Assembly: GCA_951406725.2 (NCBI GenBank)
Contig: OX597816.1
Span: 64,294,001 to 64,358,000, forward strand
Direction of reading: 5' to 3'
Length of the DNA: 64,000 bases
DNA from: Octopus vulgaris
Lineage: Eukaryota
Shown here: in pieces, positions 53,397 through 64,000 of the stretch
How positions within the stretch are numbered: the stretch's first letter is position 1
How the letters are laid out: each line of letters starts with the position of its first letter
Notes under the pieces: generated by a model
Told to the model about the DNA's origin: nothing
Databases searched by the model: none
What the model saw: the letters and a program-made list of their open reading frames with translations, nothing else
Program-made: the position numbers and the translations under genes

Positions 53397-55018
53397 GCGG
53401 CCAAAATGTTCAGAACGGCATTGTTTTCGTCAGAAAAGTAAGTATAAGTTTTTATTATAGTGATTTTCTATTCTATAATTTTCACAGACAATAAATACAG
53501 TATTAATTGTTATTGTCTGAAATTTTTGTGTAATTTGAGAGGATAATACAAAAGTTATGGATGATTTAGTGATTTACTGCAAAACCCATGGCGGCCAAAA
53601 TGATCAGAACGGTTTAAAAAATAACAAAATAATCAAAAATGACAGAGAATACTGGAATTATTTAATATTTAGTGTGAAACCCTTTAGCTTCAATCACACT
53701 CTGACATCTTCGACTGCATGAGGAAATTAAATTTTCAATTTCTTGCTGGGTGATCTTATTCCATTCTTCCTGAAGGGCATTCCATAATTGCTCAGTTGTT
53801 TTAGGATTTCTGGCTTTCGAACGTTCTCCTAGAATATTCCATACATTTTCAATAGGATTGAGATCTGGGCTTTGAGCAGGCCAATCCATAACAATAACCT
53901 TTTCAGCCTTGAGGAAGTTCATGACCACCTTAGCCTTGTGACATGGGGCATTGTCCTGCAGGAATATGGGTGGTCGCTTAGTTGAATTTCTCAGCACAGG
54001 CAAAACATGATCTTTTACAAGTTGTTTATAAACTTCTGCATTTACCTTTCCATGTAATCGCACCAAAGGGCCCACACCATCTCCAGATATCATCGCCCAA
54101 ACCATGACACTTCCTCCACCGAATTTAACACTAGTCTTAAGGCATTTAGGCGACAATTTTTCACCTACTTTTCTACGAACGTACATTTTCCCATCTGAGC
54201 CAAATAACATAAACTTAGATTCATCACTGAAATGCACCGTTTGCTATTTTTCTTGAGACCACAACACATGTTCGGTTGCAAAGGTAAGACGACACTTTTT
54301 ATTCTTGGAGCTGATCAGTAACTTCACTGCAGATGCTCTTGCTTGTAGGTCATGTTCAACTAAACGACGAGACACAGTTATTCGAGATAAAGTTTTCTTC
54401 AATACAATGCTCATTTTCCGAGAAACAGCAGCAGCAGTTTTAAATCTGTCCTTTTTAACCAACTTTACCATAGCACGATCTTCTCTCTTGGTCGTTTTTC
54501 TTGGCCTACCTGTAAACTTTCTTGCTTCACATGAACCACAACCATCCTAGACCTTAAGAATACCGTGTACAACACTTTTTGACTCGTTAACAATTTTTGC
54601 AACAGATCCAATACTTAAATTATCCTTCCTTCGAAGCTTAATAATCTGCTGACGAATTGGTAACCGAGTAAGTGGCATTATATTAACAAAGTACACTGCA
54701 AATATTCTTACTAATGTTTAGTAAACGAACCGTCATGTAAACAAATTCAAAACATTAGAGTTCGCCGGTTAAATATACTAAAACACGGAGTAAAAGCAAC
54801 CGTTCTGATCATTTTGGCCGCCATGGGTTTTGAAGTAAATCACTAAATCATCAATAACTTGTATTATGCCCTCAAATGACACCAAAATCTCAGGGAATAG
54901 CAATTGATATCGTCTGTATTGTCTGTGAAAATTATAGAATATAACACAACTTTGATAAAAAATTATATCTACTTTTCTGACGAAAACAATGCCGTTCTGA
55001 ACATTTTGGCCGCCGTTG
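53392..55018 (-). mobile_element. Full-length Tc1 element with long IR/DR-type TIRs
   Basis: TIRs of about 220 bp, each with two copies of gcggccaaaatg(t/a)tcagaacgg (outer; inner at about 53590-53612 and 54800-54822); TA flanks; 1627 bp. Confidence 0.95.
53662..54678 (-). pseudogene. Tc1 DD34E transposase, 338 codons, with two in-frame TAG stops
   Basis: MPLTRLPIRQQII...GRPRKTT...FSDESKF...QDNAPCH...SPDLNPIENVW; 34 residues between the second D and E. One continuous frame with TAG at 54547-54549 and 54244-54246. Confidence 0.93.
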
Positions 55019-55124
55019 TATATGTATGTATGTATGCATGCATGTATGTATGTATGTATGTATGTATGTATGTATGTATGCATATATGTATGTATATATA
55101 TACATATAAATATACATATGTATA

Positions 55125-55265
55125 CAGTGGCCTTTTAACAAATCCACTCAAAAGGTTTTGGTCTATCCGACACAGTGGTACAAGGCACTTGTCTAATGTG
55201 CCATACAGTAGGACTGATTTCGGACCTACGTGACTCAGAAGCAAACTTCTCACCACACAGCCACG
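55125..55265 (-). mobile_element. SINE family B 5' half, diverged
   Basis: aaatccactcaaaagg...ggcacttgtctaatgtgcc...caccacacagccac. Confidence 0.7.
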
Positions 55266-56049
55266 ATATGAACACACACACATACACACACACACGCACA
55301 CACACATGCATATATATATATATATATATGCATACAAAGATTTTACATGTGTGAGTATGTATGTATTCGTACATTTGTGTAAAGTAACAGGGATTTTACG
55401 GGAGACATGGCAGCTGGTTTATTTGATAAATTATATGTAGAAACATTTAGCAAGAATTAAATATCCAACTTGAAGCCTTTCGTTTTCCTGATATGACAAG
55501 AATAAGCAACCCTGGTGAAAATATAAAGAGAAAGGGGAATTACTAATTTCGTTATAGGTTTGGTATTTCGAAGCAATAAAAATTTAAAGATGGCTTCCGT
55601 TACATGTGTGAAATTTACTGCTGAAATTTGTGTTGCTTAGGCTGCTATGTCTCAGGAAAATGTTGGCATGTATTTGGGAAGCAAACGGGAAATAAAGAAT
55701 TTTCTGTGGAATATTTGTAGTTACCTTTAATGCAAAATGTTCTTTCACGGCGACATTGATATTTAAGCAAGTACTGACACTGTTAACAGCATACTTGCAG
55801 ATTTTTCTGTCAGAACGCAAATAGAAATAACTTATAGTGAAAATAGTCTTATACATCTCTCTGACATTTCCGCACATCGACCATGCCGGGTTTACTTTAT
55901 TCAATCCCGAAAGTATCACTGGAAGATTTGAGTTCAGCATCATTTGAACCCATGGACATATAGATTCACAACAATAATGCAAAACATTCTATCCAACGCT
56001 CTAAACTTCTGCCAATATCCCATCTTTTCTATATAGCTCTCACATTTTG

Positions 56050-56210
56050 TCACAAGGCCACCAATTTCGCCCCCGGTACTAAACTGCTACTTATATTACC
56101 GACCTCGTGAAGATGAGGGGCAAAATCAACCTCGGCAGAATTTGAACTCAGAGCGCCAAGACGGACAAAATGACGCTAAGCATTCCGCCCGCCCTACTAA
56201 TGAGCCTTGC

Positions 56211-56212
<2 letters not shown>
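56050..56212 (-). mobile_element. SINE family A, old copy
   Basis: cacaaggcc...caacctcggcagaatttgaactcagagc...gctaagcatt. Confidence 0.7.
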
Positions 56213-56252
<40 letters not shown>

Positions 56253-56260
<8 letters not shown>

Positions 56261-56620
56261 TAGAGGGAAACCAATATGTGGACATCCTTATGCTATGATC
56301 TACGGACATTTATGTAAGTAAAATTACGTAATATGTTAATAATGAAACATGTATACGAATAATCCATATTTTTATTGCTTTTTCTTTTGTCTTGCTCGAT
56401 TACGTTTTGGTTGTTTTGCTAAATTTTTATTGAGAACATTTCTTAGTGGTAAGACCATAGCGGATCTATTTCTAGCATAAGGGTGTCCACATAGTGGTTT
56501 CCTTCTAATATGTATGTAATACAATTTTACTGAACCTTCAGTTATTTTTATATGCTAGACCACTGGTGTGAAATCGATGTTAAATAAATTAAAATCTAAT
56601 TCCTCACCCTCAGTTTAAAT
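56253..56620. mobile_element. Fold-back cassette (PLE pLTR-like) within (TA)n
   Basis: Inverted arms at 56253-56295 and 56473-56514, then a tail of about 100 bp ending in (TA)n. Confidence 0.6.
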
Positions 56621-56766
56621 TTATATATATATAAGTAAATAAATGGAATACTTAGGGCGCTACGTCCTTGATACTTGCGTGAATTTTGTTACCCTGGTAA
56701 CAGTTTATTGAATTTTCGATGTTAACGGTAAACAAATGATAATTCATTCATCCATTTATATATATA

Positions 56767-57150
56767 CTAGCAGTATCGCCCGGCGTTGCTCAGGTTTGTA
56801 AGGGAAATAACTATAAAGCATTTTTAGAGAGTTATAGCCAAAAAATAGCAAAAAAATGGGAAAAAAATGATGGTAATTTTTTTTTGAGAGTTAAAGAAGG
56901 TGGAGTTGCGTCCCCTAGACGGTCTGTGGTTTGGGTTTCTGATTCTCGACCCCATGTCGAATTTATCGATTTTTTCAGAACTGGGGGAACTTTTCAAAAT
57001 TTTCGCTGCGTTAGTTTTGAATTATGACATTGGGCTATGTGTGTGTCAAGTTTCATCAGAATCGGTTGAAAGCCGTGGTCAGAGTGAGGGTACAACCTAA
57101 CAGACACACAGACACACACACAGACAAACTGCCGTTTATATATAGAGAGA
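56767..57150 (-). mobile_element. Non-autonomous Helitron
   Basis: Minus strand 5'-TC...hairpin...CTAG-3'; the 3'-terminal approximately 65 bp are shared with 13515-14010. Confidence 0.85.
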
Positions 57151-57188
57151 TATATATATATACCAATGATTGAGTGTGCGTGTGTGTA

Positions 57189-57450
57189 TGTGCAATGGCT
57201 GAGTGGTTAAAGTGTGGGGATCACCATCATTGGGTAAGTCAATTCGATTCCCGGACCGGGTTGTATGTTATATTCTTGAGCAAGAATAAATAAAATTTAT
57301 TTTACGTTGCTCTAGTTCACTCAGCTATAGAAATGAATTGCAACGTCACTGATTCTAAACTATATCGGTCTTTGCCTTTCCCTTGGATAACATTGGCGGT
57401 GTGGAGAAGGGAGGCTTGTATGCAAGGGAGGCTGCAGTCTTCACAACCTG
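57189..57450 (+). mobile_element. SINE family C, diverged
   Basis: tggctgagtggttaa...ttcgattccc...ttcttgagcaag...tttgcctttcccttggataacattggcggtgtggagaaggg. Confidence 0.8.
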
Positions 57451-57652
57451 GGACTTTGAAGACTGCTTAAATGCAAGAAAGTATACTAGTCCCTTAATAT
57501 TTGATATTCAATTATTCATCTATTCAATAAGACAATCAATACTTCATTTCAATTTACTATATATACTATTTATACTATATATTTTATATTCTACATAAAT
57601 ATTATAAAGAATATAAATGAAACAAAAAAAAGAGTTGGAATTCCTTTGAATA

Positions 57653-57684
<32 letters not shown>

Positions 57685-57690
57685 ATGTAC

Positions 57691-57721
<31 letters not shown>

Positions 57722-58389
57722 TGTATGTATGTATGTATGTATGTATGTATGTATGTATGTGCGTATGTATATATATAACATAAATAAAATAAAACAAAAT
57801 ATCATTGTGTTATTATTTTGCTAAATTGATGCTGCAGAGGTGTTTTCTAAGATATTAGTCTATTATTTTCTTTGGGGATACATAAAGAACTTAGTACGAG
57901 TTTATTGCCAAAGGTAAGTATTTGAAAAATTGATACAATCGTAAGCTTATTCAAGTAACTAATAAGAACCTGACCAGATACGAAATCTCCAGAAAGATAT
58001 GGCAGATTGTTAGAAGCAATTAAGAGGAAACAAGATTCCGAAGAAAAAAATAAAATAAAATAAAATCTTCTACTAAGCCACATATATTTCTTTGATTATG
58101 TTTCTGATTGCATTCAGCAAGTCTGTATCTTTCAGAACCGTTCGCTTTGATCTTTCCATTGAAACAGCGCAAATCACACAAACGACGTTAATGGACTTGG
58201 AGGACGGATAACCTGGTTTTCGCTTTCAGTCAGTCAGTCAGCGATTCTCAATTTACTAATGTCATTTGGAAGAAGGAGGAGGAGTAGAAGAAGAAGAAGA
58301 AGAAGAGGAAGAAGAAAACACGTTGTTATCATTGTTATATTTGCTGCAAATACACACATTGAGGTACACACAAACACACACACATGCAC

Positions 58390-58436
<47 letters not shown>

Positions 58437-59456
58437 TACATACATACACTCACACGCACAGAAAGGAAAACATAAGCACCAATACATATGTGCGTATGCA
58501 TGTGTCATTGTATATGGGTGCACATACGTTTAGAGAGAACTGCAGTATATATGTGTGTGGGTTTGCCTGTGTGTATGTGTGTAGATATACATGTATGCAC
58601 ATACAGATATAAATAGGTATGTATATATATATATATATATGTACACACACATACATACATACATGCACATGTGCTCTTTATAACAAACGAGAGAAAATAG
58701 TCAGTACATTGATTAAATCAAATATTTATACATTTATTGGTTTGACTCTACTGTTACTTAAAGTTCCAAATTAACACAATCAATCAAATGCTTAATGAAA
58801 ACTATTCTCTAATCCACGATGGCGGGGCAGCCTCTCCATTCCATGGAGAACAACAAATAAAGTGAGTAGTCTGTTGTAGCCGCAGTCGTTGACATTTGAG
58901 GGAAGACGTTCTTGTTAAGGGTACCATATTCTTTGAAGATGATGTATGACAAAATATTGACATTGCAGCATTAACTTTTACAGAAATTCACTGCCAAGTT
59001 ATCCATATAAGTTTCTAAATTAAGCCTTATAGTACAATGCACTTCTAAGATAATATGCTTTCTAATATGGGACCACGATTACGTTGCTAGGTGTTAATAT
59101 TTCGACATGGTTTGAGGCGTCGAATTCTAGCTTATTGAATGAGTTAATTATGTAGTGCAGTTTCAGTTACTTCACAAAATGTGCGATATGTTTGACTTGT
59201 GCAAAAATTTGAAATACTTTAACGAAAACACTCGCTAAATGAATATAATATATGAAGATGATAAGTTTCTTGGATATAATACGAAATACGAAACACAAAC
59301 ACTGGTAAAAATACAGCATACCTATCACAACCTCGCCATATAAGAAAAACTATTCTACTAGAAACTCTAAACATATCATGACTATACAGCCTGAAGAGCA
59401 TGTTATCCGTTTTCCAAGATCATTTACATCTAGACTCTTATCGAATAGAAATATAT

Positions 59457-60050
59457 ATTTCTTTATTGCCCACAAGGGGTTAAACATAGAGGGGACAGGA
59501 CAAACAAGGACAGACAAACGGATTAAGTCGATTACATCGACCCCAGTGCGTATCTGGTACTTATTTAATCGACCCCGAAAGGATGAAAGGCAAAGTCGAC
59601 CTCGGCGGAATTTGAACTCAGAACGTAGCGGCAGACGAATTACCTATTTCTTTACTACCCTCAAGGGGCTAAACACAGAGGGGACAAACAAGGAAAGACA
59701 AACGGATTAAGTTGATTATATCGACCCCAGTGCGTAACTGGTACTTATTTAATCGACCCACGAAAGGATAAAAGGCAAAGTCGACCTCGGCGGAATTTGA
59801 ACGCAGAACGTAACCGCAGACGAAATACCTATTTCTTTATTACCCACAGGGGGCTAAACACAGAGGGAACAAACAACGACAGACATAGGTATTAAGTCGT
59901 TTACATCGACACCAGTGCGTAAATGGTACTTAATTTATCGACCCCGAAAGGATGAAAGGCAAAGTCGACCTCGGCGGAATTTGAACGCAGACGAAATACC
60001 ACTAAGCATTTCACCAGGCGTCTTAACGTTTCCACCAGCTCGCTGTCTCT
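59457..60050 (-). mobile_element. SINE family A tandem trimer with 21-bp TSD
   Basis: Three units; TSD tcttatcgaatagaaatatat at 59436-59456 and 60051-60071. Confidence 0.93.
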
Positions 60051-60560
60051 TCTTATCGAATAGAAATATATTGAACAAACTGTCCCAAATATAATAGATT
60101 AGCAGCTGGGAGTATTTTCAGCATCAAGCTTAAAGACAGACAGCAAACTTCTGCAAGTAACACCAAACATAATGATATAAATCACATGGGAATCTGATAC
60201 TTCCCTCAGATTTATAAATGTACCCAGCACCTTCCTTACATACTCAGAAAATACTTTCTCACATCTATTTCCCGTCCATGAGTCAGTTTCAGATATGAAA
60301 AAATCCCAACAGGGCATGCAAAATTTCAAACACAATTTTATTTATGAATATAATATATTGCTCATTACTGAAGCAGTAATTACTAAAAATTATTGTTTTC
60401 ATTCAAAACTTGATTTCCCATTGGTTACGTTTTATTGTCTCTTACCCATCCTCTTTTTTCCCTTCCAAATGTTTTTATGTTTTGTTTTTTTATATTAAGT
60501 GATCGCTATTTTTTCCAAAGACTTCTTGGAATCAATTCTCTTTTTCTGTTTCCTTTTTAT

Positions 60561-61036
60561 ATATTTTTTTCTTTATTACCCACAAGGGGCTAAACATAGA
60601 AGGGACAAACAAATGGATTAAGTCGATTACATCGACCCCAGTGCGTAACTGGTACTTAATTTATCGACCCCGAAAGGATGAAAGGCAAAGTCGACCTCGG
60701 CGGAATTTGAACTCAGAACGTAACGGCAGACGAAATACGGCTACGCATTTCGCCCGGCGTGCTAACGGTTCTGCCAGCTCGCCGCCTTCTGTTTCCTTTT
60801 TATATATATTTCTTTACTTCCCACAAGGGGCTAAACGTAAAGGGGACAACAAGGACAGACAAAATGGATTAAGTCGATTACATCGACCCTAGTGCGTAAC
60901 TGGTACTTAATTTATCGACCCCGAAACGATGAAAGGCAAATCGACCTCGGCGGAATTTGAACTCAGAACGTAACGGCAGACGAAATACGGCTACGCATTT
61001 CGCCCGGCGTGCTATCGATTCTGCCAGTTCGCCGCC
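60561..61036 (-). mobile_element. Two full SINE A monomers separated and flanked by the same 17-mer
   Basis: ttctgtttcctttttat at 60544-60560, 60787-60803 and 61037-61053. Confidence 0.92.
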
Positions 61037-61881
61037 TTCTGTTTCCTTTTTATGTAGGCAGTCTATGCATATTTACAAGAACACAGCAAGATCTCGTGCA
61101 GCGGCTATGGTTCAATTTTTTATCATTAACTATATACCATTAATATAAGAACGTCTATATTAGTCTTATGTGATTGGTAATGAACAGAATATTTGCAATT
61201 TTTCTCTTGCAACACCCATGCAGCAACACACGGTTCCATGAAATATTATTACTCACCACATGCGCCTACTGAAAAAATAAAAAAAAAAAACTAAGCAGTA
61301 ATTCTTATACCAGAAACCATAGAATTTGAGACCCATTCACTCATTTGCTTTGCCTGTTGGGAAACACAAACATTCACTACTATTTAAATGTCATTTTGTA
61401 TTTCAAAGCTCTCATTATGATACAGAATTCCCTTGTGCACATATAACCTAATCGTGATTCATCTTTACCAGGTGCGGAGAAGCGTTTCTCTATTTATCTG
61501 TGAAATTTCTAACTATAAAAAGTTTTACACTAACACGTGCTCATTGGGCTCCTTACAATATCATGTATTTTTTTTCTGATGATTAATCCTCTTCGTGTTC
61601 TTAATTAGCAGTGGAGTAGAAAATAGTAAATTTAAACCAGGGATAGGCTTGTACTTCTCCTTATACAAATGTTTGGCTTATAAACGAAGAAAAGCGTCCC
61701 AGTTTATTCGAATTCAACTGGGTATGTAACTTAATAAAAGTTTTCTTTAGTAAACCACAATGGTTTCAATACATCTGAAGTCCTTCGTTCAATGTTAAAC
61801 AAGATCATTAGCATTTAATGGAGACTAAGTTTCCGCTCTTCTTGAAGTTTCATGAAAAGTTTTCATACAAAAGCTCGAAAC

Positions 61882-62169
61882 ACTCTTTACTCTTTACACT
61901 TTTACTTTTTTACTCTTTAACTTGTTCCAGTCATTTGACTGTGGCCATGCTGGAGAACAGCTTTTAGTCGAGCAAATAGACCCCAGGACTTATTCGTTGG
62001 AAGCCTAGTACTTATTCTATCGGTCTCTTTTTGCCGAACCGCTAATGTACGGTGACGTAAACACGCCAGCATCGGCTGTCAAGCGATGTTTGGGGGACAA
62101 ACACAGACACACAAACATACATACACACACACACACGCACACACATATATATATATATACATAGAAGTG

Positions 62170-62220
<51 letters not shown>

Positions 62221-62386
62221 TACGACAGGTTTCTTTCAGTTTCCGTCTACCAAATCCACTCACAAGGCTTTGGTCGGCCCGAGTCTATAATAGAAGACGG
62301 TTACCCAAGGTGCCACGCAGTTGGACTGAACCCGGAACCATGTGGTTGGTAAGCAAGCTACTTAACACACAGCCACTCCTACGCCT
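61882..62386 (-). mobile_element. SINE family B full length
   Basis: Complete reverse-complement copy with internal microsatellite. Confidence 0.93.
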
Positions 62387-62422
62387 ACACATCCAGTTTT
62401 ATTCAGAAAGTTCAACACGTAT

Positions 62423-62601
62423 AGGCGTAGGCGTGGTTACGTGGTAAGAAGCCTGCTTCCCAATCACATGGTTCTAGGTTCAGTGCCACTGCTTGGCATC
62501 ATGGGCAAGTGTCTTCTACTATAGCTCGCCTAAGGGGCCGATCAAAGCCATGTGAGTGGATTTGGTAGAATGAAACCGAAAGAAGCCCCTCGTATATATA
62601 T

Positions 62602-62680
<79 letters not shown>

Positions 62681-62886
62681 ATACATATGTGTGTGAGTGT
62701 TTGCGTGTAGTTGTCCCTCACCACTGCTTGACAACCGTCGTTGGTGTGTTTACCTCCTCATAACCTAACGGTTCGGCCTAAAAAAAACCGACAGAATAAG
62801 TACCAGGCTTTAGAAATTCGACTAAACAAATTGCTGGGGGTGATTCCCATAGCATAGCCGCGGTCTAATGACTGAAACAAGCAAAA
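62423..62886 (+). mobile_element. SINE family B full length (head-to-head with the previous copy)
   Basis: aggcgtaggcgtggttacgtggtaag...atgactgaaacaag. Confidence 0.9.
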
Positions 62887-62982
62887 CATATGAGTTACAC
62901 AAGAGAATACTTTTAAAATTCTAACTTAAACATTTATACTCGTATCAACATTTGGTCTCCGAACATTTACCCGCTGCAGAGT

Positions 62983-63240
62983 TCATTTCATTTTATTTTG
63001 AATAAACAAGACATTTTCCTTTATGGTTCTTGTGTTGAATATAATTTTCTGGTTTACATTTCTATTTTGTTCATAATATTCGGTTTTTAAGCAATCAGTC
63101 CTCTGAATTGTGTTTTTTTTTTTATTATCACACACAATCCATGTTTCCGTTATTGAAATTCTCTGACGATTGCTTGCGATTCTGTCTCTATTAGTTACCG
63201 AAACTATAGCATTTCCATTTGAGTAATTCAAATATGTTCT
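62983..63240 (-). mobile_element. Possible LINE APE endonuclease N-terminal remnant
   Basis: ISITETW motif in an otherwise decayed, A-rich ORF. Confidence 0.35.
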
Positions 63241-63365
63241 AGAGTCTGTGGTATCTACTTTTCATGAATCATATTGCCGAATTTAATTGTTATATAGTTT
63301 CATGTATGTATTACTGTTTTAGGAGACATTTCTATTGATTCAGTTTCTCAATGTTTTCATTAGAG

Positions 63366-63600
63366 CAGGGGTCGGCGAACCGGAGTAAATTACCCCAAAT
63401 GGATAAAAATATAATTCTTGGGTGTAATGAGGACTCATTAGACATAAGTTAAATTATATAAAAAACGTGCTCTTTGTTACGACAGAAATTGTTCTTCCGG
63501 CAACACTGTATCTATCCAATGTAATGGCCGTGTAAATAGATTCATATAAATTGATTCAATAAAATAGATTGATTAAACCTTTTGAATTCGAAGAATCTAA
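63366..63600. mobile_element. hAT (Charlie-like) left end
   Basis: tagag|CAGGGGTCGGCGAAC is a typical Charlie TIR in a typical target context; no matching right TIR found. Confidence 0.45.
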
Positions 63601-64000
63601 GATTTTCTTCCTTTCAAATCAAGGAGGTAAACGTCCGCGTTAATGATTAGAGGAACAGAAGATATATATTTTTTTTTAATTTCCTCTTACAAGCTAGAAT
63701 AAAAATAAGGATTCTTCCGTCCTTTTCTCAAACTGCTGAAGTAGACCCCGCTGAAACCAAGCGATAACGTCGTGGTATTAAGCGAATTTTTGCTTCAGGC
63801 ATATTGTTCACCAGGCTGTAAAAACCTTATGTCGCTTCCCCTACACCCACCTCACACCTACTTCAGCTCTGGCTTACTGTGTCACCATGTGTGACTGCTT
63901 CACAACTTCTGGTCTGTTAGCAAAGTTACCGAAATTTGTCTCAATCAGGAACGTTACAATCGGCACACTCTAAAAATAGATGCTCGATGCAATCGCCTCA

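Noticed and set aside
55584-55982. 132-aa minus-strand ORF
   Set aside because: No recognisable domain and no convincing splice signals; the length is compatible with chance.

Overview
This is an AT-rich, microsatellite-dense animal genomic window. The SINE families and the (TA)n/(CA)n/(TACA)n load point to an Octopus-like cephalopod, which is an inference. I see no convincing intact host gene, so the region is probably intronic or intergenic, and nearly all ORFs in the supplied track are microsatellite artefacts. The window holds three tRNA-derived SINE groups (about 25 copies). It also has a near-intact IR/DR Tc1 (DD34E) element with two UAG stops, several deleted Tc1/mariner and hAT derivatives, two non-autonomous Helitrons, two solo LTR-like inserts and L1/Tx1, CR1 and RTE remnants. 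There are at least four decayed Penelope-like (PLE) coding remnants. Two signals stand out. (1) Short fold-back cassettes sit inside (TA)n tracts, and one family carries a complete minimal type-I hammerhead ribozyme with a non-canonical CCGA core, present complete twice and partially once. (2) One SINE occurs as TSD-flanked dimers and trimers whose repeat unit usually restarts at the same point, just 3' of the anticodon-like loop. All family assignments come from motifs recognised by eye; no database search was run.
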